A stretch of 64,000 nt of DNA. Origin: a virus. Shown in pieces: positions 55,885 through 64,000 of this stretch. How positions within the stretch are numbered: position 1 is the first letter of the stretch; every line of letters starts with the position of its first letter. The DNA is taken from positions 14,170-78,169 of the IMG/VR virus record IMGVR_UViG_3300049846_001316. The stretch is one strand, 5' to 3'. Both the position numbers and the translations under genes were made by a program. Below the pieces are notes generated by a model that did no database searches, was not told the DNA's origin, and saw only the letters and a list, made by a program, of their open reading frames with translations.

Positions 55885-58407
55885 TCACCGGACACCCCTC
55901 AGGATGCGGGACTCAAGCGCCTGCACCACCTTGGGGACGTCCTCGACGCCGTGGACTTCCACCGTGTCGAGGCCGTGCTGCACCGGGGAATCCGTCTCGA
56001 CGCCGACACCCATCAAGTCGATGCCACGGCGGCGGCACGTCTGGATCTCGTCGGTGAGGATTGCCAGTTCCTCGTCGAAGTTCTCCAGCGGCATGTCTCC
56101 ATCCGTGTAGTACAGGATGAGCTTGCGGTCGGCCTTGGAGCTCTCCGCCACCTTGCGGTAGTACTCGAGCGTGTGACCGTCGATGTTGGCCGCGGTCGGA
56201 CGCAACGACCAGAGGCGGGCTCGAGCCGAGTCGTCCCAACGCTGATCCGCCGACTTGACGATGCCGATGTCGAGGGTGAGCAGGTAGTCCTGACCCGGAA
56301 GTCCCTGCACGCACCGACCCTCGTCGTCGCACAAGATGTTGGCCGTGTGCGCGTAGACGGCGAAGTCGATGCCCATGCGGTGCAGCAAGTCCGCCTGCGC
56401 CGACGCCACCTTCTTGATGACCTCAAGACGCTGCATGGGCTCACTGCCGCCGGTCCGGTATCCGGTGGAACCGGAGACGTCGAGGCCGATCACCACGAAG
56501 TAGTTGTGCTGATCGGGCCGACGCGTCTTCTGGAACACCCGGAAGTCGTTGGCGGGGATGCGGCGGGCGAGTGCCTTGCCGTCGACCTTGCCACGCTTCA
56601 AGTTGCGGACCGGGCGGGACTGCTGGTTGGCAGTGAAGACCCGACGCATGGCAGCGAGTGCCGGCGCCATGACCGACTCCGGCGGCGCCTCGGCGGTACG
56701 GTCGATGCCGTAGCGCCACGGCGAGTGGTGGTCGTCCTCGCCGGGTTCTCCGGTGAACGTGCTGACGCTCACGACGTTGACACTCGGCTTGTCGAAGTGC
56801 GTGCCCTGGAGGATGGCCAAGTCCATGGCAGCGTCCTCGGCCTCTTGGTCGACGTTCGCCTTGGAGTTGTCGCTGATGACGGCGGTTTTACGAGACGTGG
56901 CACCGTCCGTGTCGTCGCCGGCATCTTCGTCGTCCTCGGCGTCCTCGGCAGACTCCTCGTCGCCCGGCTTGTACGTACCGGGGTTCTTCTGGAGCGTGTC
57001 GTGGCGGCTGATGCGCTCGAGAGCTTCCCGGACCTCGGCAGGAGTTCCCTGCTGTCCGAACTCGCCGGCACCGTCCCGTGTGGGAGCGTTGCCGTCTTCG
57101 CCCTCGCCGTCCTCGCCGTCACCGTCCGCGTCACCGTTGCCGGACTCCGAGCTGGCGTCGTCGCCCGCGTCGTCCGCGTCGTCGTCGCCCTCACCGTTGG
57201 CGCCCTCTTCGGTGCCCTCGGTGTCGTCGTCGCCCTCGCCCTCGGTGTCGGTCGAGTCGCCCTCTTCGGGCTCGTCGCCCTCGCCCTCGGTGGGCTCGTC
57301 GCCCTCGTCGCCGCCCTCGGTGGGCTCGTCGTCGGCGCTGGAGTCGTGCTCGTCGTCGTCGGCCTCGCCGCCGTCTTCGTGCTGATCCGCGTCGTCGTCG
57401 TTCTCGGGCTCGTCGTCGTTGACTTCCACCCAATCGCCGTCCTCGGCGTCCTCACTGTCGTCCTCGTCGCGCCGGGTGCAGAACCCGAGACGCACGAGGT
57501 CGTCCATGAAGTCGACCGCGGAGCGGAACGTGTCCGCCACCGTCACGACGCCGGCGAAGTCTTCGATGTGGCGCTGAACGATCGGGTCGTCCAAGAGCCG
57601 GGTCGAGATCTCCGGGTCGAACCACTCACGTGGGTTGTACCCGAACGTGGCCAGGTGGAGAGCGGCCATCGCCTGAGCGTTGAGAGGCTGCTCATCCCAC
57701 CCGTGGCGAGTCCCGTCGAAGTCGAGGATACCCTCCTCGAAGATCTTGTGGAACTGCACGTGGAAGAGCAGCTTGAGTCCGGGCTGCGCATCCTGGAGAG
57801 CCAGGTTCACCCGGCTGTCCTCGAGTGCGTTGAGCAGCATCGGGAAGTAGGGCGAGATGATGCTCCCGGCCTCGATCAGAGTCTTCGGCTTGAGCACGTC
57901 GAAGGTCTTCACGAGGTTGGCCGAACGCTGCGATCCCGTGCGCGCCGAGTGCTCACGCATGGTCACCGCGAGGATCTCGGTCAGCATGTCCTGCGCGAGC
58001 TCTTCAAACGAGCCCAACGCAATGTGACCGATCTCGTGGCTGATCGTGGCGTTCACGTCGTCCCACAGGTTGCACGCCGGGCACTTCTGCTGCTGGGTGA
58101 TCGGGTCACGCTTGCCGCAGAGTCGGCGGTTGTGGTCGATGCTCTCAGCGTCTGCCAGTTCGGCGGGCGGGCGCATGTAGATGTCTTTGCCGTCCGTGCA
58201 CGGGGTGCCGGGGTGGGCGAAGATGCGCGCCTGAGGGTTGCCGGTGAGTCCACGCACCATGGGAAGGTACGAGTTCACCTGACGGCGGAACACGGAGAAT
58301 GCAACACGTGCGCGCTGCATGATCTCCTCGTCGTCGGGCAAAGCCTTGAGAGCTGCGCCCACGTCCACGCCGGGCGGACCCGTTGTGGACTTCGTGTCAG
58401 TGGCCAT
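55885..58407 (-). CDS. VWA-domain protein with N-terminal HExxH metallopeptidase-like domain and long acidic linker (CobT-like)
   Basis: SHEIGH, NALEDSRV, D/E/G-rich linker, LDVSGS MIDAS, YYTDG. Confidence 0.85.
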   Translation of the reverse strand: MATDTKSTTGPPGVDVGAALKALPDDEEIMQRARVAFSVFRRQVNSYLPMVRGLTGNPQARIFAHPGTPCTDGKDIYMRPPAELADAESIDHNRRLCGKRDPITQQQKCPACNLWDDVNATISHEIGHIALGSFEELAQDMLTEILAVTMREHSARTGSQRSANLVKTFDVLKPKTLIEAGSIISPYFPMLLNALEDSRVNLALQDAQPGLKLLFHVQFHKIFEEGILDFDGTRHGWDEQPLNAQAMAALHLATFGYNPREWFDPEISTRLLDDPIVQRHIEDFAGVVTVADTFRSAVDFMDDLVRLGFCTRRDEDDSEDAEDGDWVEVNDDEPENDDDADQHEDGGEADDDEHDSSADDEPTEGGDEGDEPTEGEGDEPEEGDSTDTEGEGDDDTEGTEEGANGEGDDDADDAGDDASSESGNGDADGDGEDGEGEDGNAPTRDGAGEFGQQGTPAEVREALERISRHDTLQKNPGTYKPGDEESAEDAEDDEDAGDDTDGATSRKTAVISDNSKANVDQEAEDAAMDLAILQGTHFDKPSVNVVSVSTFTGEPGEDDHHSPWRYGIDRTAEAPPESVMAPALAAMRRVFTANQQSRPVRNLKRGKVDGKALARRIPANDFRVFQKTRRPDQHNYFVVIGLDVSGSTGYRTGGSEPMQRLEVIKKVASAQADLLHRMGIDFAVYAHTANILCDDEGRCVQGLPGQDYLLTLDIGIVKSADQRWDDSARARLWSLRPTAANIDGHTLEYYRKVAESSKADRKLILYYTDGDMPLENFDEELAILTDEIQTCRRRGIDLMGVGVETDSPVQHGLDTVEVHGVEDVPKVVQALESRILRGVR

Positions 58408-58498
58408 GGTTCTTCTCCTGTTTGCTGGTTCGGCTCACAGTCAACCGCTCCCGTGCGTTATACGAGAAGCGGTTGAGTGGGAGCCGAGCTCCCACTTG

Positions 58499-58711
58499 TT
58501 ACGGGTAGATGGTCACGTCCGAGAACGGGCCGATCGGCTTGCCCTCGAAGTGCACCCACCAGTGCATGTCTTCGTCGACGATGGCGATGATCTCGCCGTT
58601 CGACGTGTCGCGCAGCGATCCGTACGTGAGTTGCACATCGTCGCTGGTCACCAGGTCGATCTCGAGCTCGTCGAGATCCATCGCCTCGGAGCGGAACGCG
58701 TGGAGTCTCAT
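58499..58711 (-). CDS. Hypothetical protein
   Basis: ATGA-coupled to the AAA gene. Confidence 0.45.
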   Translation of the reverse strand: MRLHAFRSEAMDLDELEIDLVTSDDVQLTYGSLRDTSNGEIIAIVDEDMHWWVHFEGKPIGPFSDVTIYP

Positions 58712-60330
58712 GCGTGCCTCCGAACGATGTCGAGAATCGTCTGGCGGGTCTGCGGCTCGAGACGATCCCCGACGGCACGGTTGTAGGACTTCTCCGGGTT
58801 GAACCACTTCAAGTTCGTGGCCACCGCGATCTGCGGCCGGATGCCCCACGAGATCGGCAGACCCGAGGCGATCTGGAGACGAATCTCCTCGGCAATCCGC
58901 ATCACCATGTCGAGTTGGTGCTTGGGGATGTCGTACCCGTCGATCTCGCACCGCTGGGTGATGATGAGGCGCTCGACTTCCGGCTCCGGAAGGTCAATCC
59001 ACATCATCTGGAGTCGGTTGCCGGCGGCGTCACTCATGTCGTTGGTCCCGATGTACTTCGGGTCCCACGCCGGGTTCATCGTCAGCCCGAAGAACGTGTA
59101 GAGGCCACGCGCCCGCCGCTCTCCCTCGTGCTGGTCGATGACCAACTGCTTCGAGTTGTCCGTGAGCGGCCGGAGGAGTTGGTCAACCTCGTCACGCCCG
59201 CAGTTCCACTCGTCGATGCAGAGGACGCCCGTGCGGCCCCACCTCTTCGTGAGGCGACCGTCGATCCAGCCCATCTCCGGGCCGTTGTCGGTGGCCTTCA
59301 AGTCGGGCCGACCCACGAGGTCCTCGACGTCGGTCTTGTCGGTGATGTTGATGCGGTCGAACGGGACTTGCATCTCGTACGCGCGCCACCGCAGGCCCTC
59401 GGTCTTGCCGACACCGGCGTGCCCGACCAGACACGGGGTCTGGTCGAGTTCCATCCAGGTGACCGTCAAGTCGTACCCGATCCCCGTGGTGTCCACGTAG
59501 GACTCGGGGTGCTCGTCGTCGCCCTTGCGAGGGATCTTCTCGTAGTCCTCGCCGACGAACGACTCGGGGTCGAACACCGGGTGGTACGTGTCCGGACCGT
59601 AGCCCTCGGGGTCCGACATCTTGCGCCACGCCTTGATGCCGTACTCGATGTCGTCCGGCGTCAGCTCTCGGTCGGTGATGTAGAGGTCCGGGTCGTAGTC
59701 ACTCCCGGCGAGCCACATCTGTGCCGGCGAGATTTCCGACACCCGAGCCGCCTCTTCGAGGAGCTTGGTCATCGGGATCTCGAGCGACGAGTTGAACGAC
59801 TGGTCGTCCACGGTGGCGGTCAAGTTGGGGATCGCCCACCCGCGCTCACGGTGGCACTCCTTGGCGTAGTCGGCAAGCCTCGAGTCGACCAGGAGGTTGC
59901 CCGACACGGCGCACGCGCCGGTGACCAACTTCGTCCGCCCTTGGGGCGTTGTACCGCCGGGCACGAAGTGCACGCACTTCATGCACGTGGCCACGGAGTC
60001 GGACTGGCCGGTCCGGACCATGAAGTCGGTCTGCGGTTCGTACACGGGCACCTTGGGGACTCGCGGCGGGTCGATGTCCGGACGCGCGTCTCCGTGGTGC
60101 TCGCAGCGCGAGCCCCGAAGAGCCATGTAGTGCTGCTGGCGCACGTCTCCGCCGAAGGCGGGCACACCAAGCAGGTGGAAGTAGCGGTAGCACATCGGAA
60201 CACCGATGTCTCGACCGAGCAGCACCGCCGTCTCGTGCGGCGGGCAGTAGCTCGGGCAGTCTGCGCAAGACTTGTCGAGGACGGCCTCGTCCTCGGTCGA
60301 GTCCGCGCCTGCCTTGGGTGGCATAGGCAT
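58708..60330 (-). CDS. MoxR/CobS-like AAA+ ATPase with Cys-rich N-terminus
   Basis: GHAGVGKT, DLVG, W.DG, CIDE, TMNP; N-terminal CxxC repeats. Confidence 0.85.
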   Translation of the reverse strand: MPMPPKAGADSTEDEAVLDKSCADCPSYCPPHETAVLLGRDIGVPMCYRYFHLLGVPAFGGDVRQQHYMALRGSRCEHHGDARPDIDPPRVPKVPVYEPQTDFMVRTGQSDSVATCMKCVHFVPGGTTPQGRTKLVTGACAVSGNLLVDSRLADYAKECHRERGWAIPNLTATVDDQSFNSSLEIPMTKLLEEAARVSEISPAQMWLAGSDYDPDLYITDRELTPDDIEYGIKAWRKMSDPEGYGPDTYHPVFDPESFVGEDYEKIPRKGDDEHPESYVDTTGIGYDLTVTWMELDQTPCLVGHAGVGKTEGLRWRAYEMQVPFDRINITDKTDVEDLVGRPDLKATDNGPEMGWIDGRLTKRWGRTGVLCIDEWNCGRDEVDQLLRPLTDNSKQLVIDQHEGERRARGLYTFFGLTMNPAWDPKYIGTNDMSDAAGNRLQMMWIDLPEPEVERLIITQRCEIDGYDIPKHQLDMVMRIAEEIRLQIASGLPISWGIRPQIAVATNLKWFNPEKSYNRAVGDRLEPQTRQTILDIVRRHA

Positions 60331-60412
60331 GAGGGTTCTTCTCCTGATTGCTGGTTGACTTCGCTATGGCAGGCGATTCTCCGAGAGGGCGCGTGCGCCC
60401 TCCGGCGGATAC

Positions 60413-60446
60413 ATTGTACCATGAAACTTCTGTTTTGCAACAGGTT
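60413..60446 (-). promoter_or_regulatory. SigA-like promoter (extended -10) with imperfect palindrome over the -35
   Basis: TTGCAA-16 nt-TACAAT, TG preceding the -10; GAAAC..TGTT/AACA..GTTTC; AT-rich island. Confidence 0.6.
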
Positions 60447-60545
60447 TCTTTGAGGCGACTATCGCCGGGTCACCTCGTGCACTCCACCAGCCGCCCAGGT
60501 TGTACGGGGAGCTGGTGGAGTGACCGTGGTGGCTCGAGGACTCGC

Positions 60546-61112
60546 TCAGTTGAGCGTGATACCCAAGTCGTTGATCGACCACGTGTGGACGTTGGCGCAC
60601 TCGAGCTCGACGTCGTAGGTGCCCATGTTCTCCTCGTGGTCGGGCTCGCCCACAAGTGAGATGGTCAGGGTGTCACGGTCGAGTGTCCACTCGTCCCACC
60701 CGGTGAGCGCGAGCGAAGTGACGTTGATGCGGACCGGCTCGCCGGCGCACTCGGGACACGTGTCGTACCGAGCGAGCTCGGACTCGAGCGTCGGGCGATC
60801 CGTCTCCGAGTCGTCGCGGGCGCTGGTGCCGGCCGCCTCGGCCGTCTCCGAGTCGATCTCGCGGTCGACATCCCGCCAGATCAAGTCATCGTCCATCGCG
60901 GACGATGGGCGGTCGGGCAGCTCTTCCCACCCACCGTCGAGCAGCAGGAAGAGGTGGTCGCCCATGACGTCGGCCGCACGCAAGTCCATGCCGAACGCGC
61001 AGCCGCGGAAGTAGAGCACCGCCTCGGCGGGCTCTAGGTTCAAGTCACCTTCCCAGGTGAAGTCCTCGCGTTCGGACGCACCGTCCACGTCGAGAGCGTA
61101 CTTGTACCGCAT
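60546..61112 (-). CDS. Acidic hypothetical protein with Zn-ribbon
   Basis: CPEC...C...H. Confidence 0.5.
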   Translation of the reverse strand: MRYKYALDVDGASEREDFTWEGDLNLEPAEAVLYFRGCAFGMDLRAADVMGDHLFLLLDGGWEELPDRPSSAMDDDLIWRDVDREIDSETAEAAGTSARDDSETDRPTLESELARYDTCPECAGEPVRINVTSLALTGWDEWTLDRDTLTISLVGEPDHEENMGTYDVELECANVHTWSINDLGITLN

Positions 61113-61957
61113 CAGTCGATCCCTTCGATCTTGTACCCGTGACGGGTGAGGACTTGCGCGATGTCGTCGAGCGTGTCGGACGACCACTCCTTGCCACTCA
61201 TGATGGACAAGATGTCGACCACCGTGGCACTGGCACTTGCCGGCGTCGAGTTGCACGCCTTGACCGCGGCCTTGAAGTTGGCCACCGGGTCGGTCGCCTC
61301 GCACTCGTGGTCGTCCTCTTCGCTGCCGCACCAGGAGCACGGGTAGTCACCCAAGTCGGCGTTGGCGATCGCCGTGTCGCAGACTTGCTCGACGATGCTG
61401 ATGTACGAGTACAGCTCGTCGAGCGCCTCGATCGGGACCGAGACGGTGCCCGCGTCCGGCGTGGACTTGGGGTGCACCACGACGTCCTCGACGCCCTCTT
61501 GCTCCCACAGGTAGTCCACGAGAGCACGCTCGACGGCGCCCATGTCTTCACCAGGAGCCCGGTTGTACGTGACCGTGAAGTTGAGGTCCGTGGGGCTCAG
61601 GCTGGCTCGAGTGCGGTAGCACGCCTCGTGGTAGGCGTACTTCTCCTCGTCGTTCATGATGACGAAGTTGTCGTCGAGCGGCCGGCCGCACTCCCAGCAG
61701 TCCACGGCGTCGCCGTTCTCCTGCTCCGCGCGGTAGGACCACCCGGACGGTGACTCGATGACCCCGGCGGCATCCATGGCCCCGAGGAGACACTCCTCAA
61801 GATCCACCGGGTTGCCGTCGAGATCGACCCACCCGCCGTCACGCTCGGTGTAGTCAGAGTCACGTGCCCACTCCTCGAGCGAGTTGTACCCACCGGCCCG
61901 GAGGAAGCCGTTCTTCCGGTCGGTCATCATCTGGTCGAGTGTTGCTTCCTGTTCCAT
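61112..61957 (-). CDS. Acidic multidomain hypothetical protein
   Basis: CWEC...H..C and CSWC motifs; leader motif upstream. Confidence 0.55.
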   Translation of the reverse strand: MEQEATLDQMMTDRKNGFLRAGGYNSLEEWARDSDYTERDGGWVDLDGNPVDLEECLLGAMDAAGVIESPSGWSYRAEQENGDAVDCWECGRPLDDNFVIMNDEEKYAYHEACYRTRASLSPTDLNFTVTYNRAPGEDMGAVERALVDYLWEQEGVEDVVVHPKSTPDAGTVSVPIEALDELYSYISIVEQVCDTAIANADLGDYPCSWCGSEEDDHECEATDPVANFKAAVKACNSTPASASATVVDILSIMSGKEWSSDTLDDIAQVLTRHGYKIEGID

Positions 61958-62307
61958 GGCGTTTTCTCACTTTCTACTGGTTGGTAACGCCAAAGAGCCC
62001 ACCGCGCACGGTTGTACGCGGTGGGCTCGAGTCGCCACCAGCCGGCCTAACTCGGTGCCCCGTAGTTCGTGAGCGCCGAGTAGGCGACCAGGAGGGTGAG
62101 TGCGATGCACAGCACCCACAGTGGCAGGTTGTCTTTGGTGATCCTCACAGGTTCTTCTCCTTGATGCTGGACAGGATGACTCGGGCTTGGGCGACGCCAC
62201 GGCGCCCGGCGCGCCGCTCGGCACGGTTCGGACCGTAGTGGCGCACGAGAACGGGACCGCGGCGCCCGTGCCAGACCGCGGGCTCGGCGACGAACAGTTG
62301 GAGCTGA

Positions 62308-62646
62308 CTAGTGCTCACGTCCGGCGCTCCCGTAGTCGCAGTCGGCCTCTTCGTCGTCGGCGCAGATCTCGATGTCCTGCCGGTGGATGGGGCAGTACTC
62401 GTACATCTCGAGAAGCGCCTTGCGCTCCCACGGCTCGAGACTGCGCACGAACGTGACCGCGCAGACTTCGTAGTCGGTCGGCTCGCCGCCGGCCCACTCC
62501 TCCCGGTCCACGTTGTCGAACACTTCGAGCATGTCCAGACACTTGTCTTCGGCGTCGGCGCGGTCGGCCAGGGCGTCCCACGCGCTCGAGATTTCACCGT
62601 ACCGGCGAGCTCTGTCTTCAAAGCTCATGATCGGGTGATCGGTCAT
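62308..62646 (-). CDS. Hypothetical early protein
   Basis: Conserved leader GGAGAGTGCAATG; CPIH....IC motif. Confidence 0.6.
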   Translation of the reverse strand: MTDHPIMSFEDRARRYGEISSAWDALADRADAEDKCLDMLEVFDNVDREEWAGGEPTDYEVCAVTFVRSLEPWERKALLEMYEYCPIHRQDIEICADDEEADCDYGSAGREH

Positions 62647-62743
62647 TGCACTCTCCCTTGCTGGTTGGTTGTACGAAGTCATTTCGCAGAGCCCACCGAC
62701 TTGCCGGCGCCGGTGGGCTCGCCGCTACGACTTGATACGCGTC

Positions 62744-63031
62744 CTAGAGCTCGCTCTCGTCACGGGTCGAGTCGGTGCCGCGTCCACAGTGGTCGCAGAT
62801 CTCGGCCTCGGGCTCGTCCATGTTGGACTCGTTGTCGCGTCCAGCGATCTTCCAGTCGGGCTCGGCGTCGGGGTCGGAGCACAACTCGAGGTTGTCCTGT
62901 ACGCACTCGGCGCACAGGGTGCCACCGTCCTCGGTGTAGAACCAGACTCGGTAGCCACCGGGCCACGCGAACTTGGCGACGGTGCCGTCCGCTTCCATCG
63001 GGATTACGAGTGGGATGTCTTGCATGTTCAT
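62744..63031 (-). CDS. Hypothetical early Zn-finger protein
   Basis: Conserved leader; AWPGGY, LCAEC, CDHC. Confidence 0.65.
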   Translation of the reverse strand: MNMQDIPLVIPMEADGTVAKFAWPGGYRVWFYTEDGGTLCAECVQDNLELCSDPDAEPDWKIAGRDNESNMDEPEAEICDHCGRGTDSTRDESEL

Positions 63032-63062
63032 TGCACTCTCCTGTGCTGGTTGGTTGTACAAG

Positions 63063-63332
63063 TCAGATGGCCGCGTGGCCACGCCGACTCTGGAACGGGG
63101 CCGGGTCGTCGCACTCCAGGTGCATCACCGTGGCGACTTTGTACACGCCGGGGATGCTCGTCTGCCGGAGCATCACGAGTCGGGTTGTACCGGGGCGGTT
63201 GCCGTACTTGACTTCGAACGCCACGGCGATGGTCTTTCCGTCGCGGCTCGGTTGTACCGCCGGCGGAAGTTCAGTCGACAGTTGGCGCAACTCGTGCGCC
63301 TCGCCGCTGATCCTCAAGTCAGACAGTTGCAT
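63063..63332 (-). CDS. Hypothetical early protein
   Basis: Conserved leader GGAGAGTGCAAATG. Confidence 0.55.
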   Translation of the reverse strand: MQLSDLRISGEAHELRQLSTELPPAVQPSRDGKTIAVAFEVKYGNRPGTTRLVMLRQTSIPGVYKVATVMHLECDDPAPFQSRRGHAAI

Positions 63333-63459
63333 TTGCACTCTCCTTGGTTCGCTGGTTGTACGCGACTTGCCGGCCCCACCAGGGCGGGGCTCGAGGACTT
63401 GGAGCTCGGCACCGCCGGCGCTACTAGTGCGCTCGGTCGCCCGCCCGTCGCCCTGGCCA

Positions 63460-64000
63460 AGTCCGACTTGCTCGGGCTCGGGCGTGCCGGCAACTCCGGC
63501 GCCCGCCCCGGTGGGCTCGGTGGGCTCGGGCGCACGCTCGGCGCGCCGGTTGCAGGGAGCTGTCTCGGCGCCCTTAGTGCGGTTGTACGCGATGGGCACT
63601 TGTACGCGCGCCCGGTTATACGTGCGCACGTGCGCGCGCGAGGCGGCGCCGCCCTCGGTGGGCGAAGTCGGATCGCGGTCCGAAGCTCCAGCCGTTTTCG
63701 GTGCGGCGCCCTCGGCGCCACTAGTCCCACCGGGCTCGGGCTCGTCGCCCGTGCGCACGGCGGCGCCCTCGGGCTCGGGCTCGGGCTCGGCGCCCGTGCG
63801 GATCGGCGCGAGCTTGCGCCCGTGAGCGGGCACGGCGGCGCCGCCCTCGGGCTCGGGCTCGTCGCCCGTAGCCTCGGCGGATCGGGCGCTACGTGCGCCC
63901 GTGGCGCCCTCGGCGCCGATCGCCGCACCGTCGCAACCGGGCGCGAGCTTGCGCCCGTGAGCGGGCACCGTGGCGGCGCCCTCGGGCTCGGTGACCACGG
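63460..64000. repeat. GC-rich mosaic direct-repeat region (truncated by the window edge)
   Basis: Exact 29-nt repeat at 63805-63833 and 63940-63968; (GGGCTC)n runs; recurrent GGCGCCCTCGG. Confidence 0.8.

Larger units (their letters stand above)
62644..63361 (-). promoter_or_regulatory. Repeated start-associated leader GTACAACC(AACC)AGC-N-GGAGAGTGCA(A)ATG, 3 copies
   Basis: Copies at 62644-62674, 63029-63059 and 63330-63361. Confidence 0.75.

Noticed and set aside
57080-57470. Repetitive GTCGTCGCCCTC-type sequence as a DNA repeat array
   Set aside because: Explained by the Asp/Glu/Gly-rich linker codons of the VWA protein
55669-58476. 935-aa plus-strand ORF (and similarly 278-2284, 58714-60453, 6014-8035)
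   Set aside because: Mirror frames of well-supported opposite-strand genes
61995-64000. CRISPR or mini-array interpretation of right-end repeats
   Set aside because: No constant repeat length with regular unique spacers; the PD-(D/E)XK gene is a typical stand-alone phage exonuclease, not a cas operon

Overview
The whole window is one high-GC tailed (siphovirus-like) bacteriophage genome segment. The host is most likely an actinobacterium; Acidimicrobiia is only an inference from the Rpf and propeller-repeat styles. All protein calls come from recognising motifs by eye, and no database search was run. Left (38-2658, minus strand): a split primase, with an AEP catalytic gene plus a Zn-finger/DUF3987-like P-loop gene. 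Middle (2911-35601, plus strand): the morphogenesis operon. It holds a TGT-barrel-like protein in the small-terminase slot, TerL, a Mu-like portal and protease, decoration protein, major capsid protein, head-tail proteins, tail tube, tail chaperones with a -1 frameshift, a 2343-aa tape measure protein, and large multidomain tail-tip proteins (including a hub-PASTA-glycoside hydrolase fusion). Right (35622-63332, minus strand): a ~28 kb early/middle arm. It carries three glycosyltransferases and a SAM methyltransferase around a 7-deazaguanine salvage cassette (YhhQ/VUT transporter, QueF-like, DpdA-like). It also carries a PD-(D/E)XK nuclease, DNA MTase, RusA, secreted Rpf, sliding clamp, Orn, SNF2 helicase, SSB, histone-like protein, tyrosine recombinase and a MoxR/VWA pair. 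That arm is punctuated by long intergenic stem-loops, a 47-nt armless tRNA-like element and a repeated start-associated leader motif, and it ends in a GC-rich repeat region. No DNA polymerase, canonical endolysin, repressor, complete tRNA or CRISPR array was recognised.
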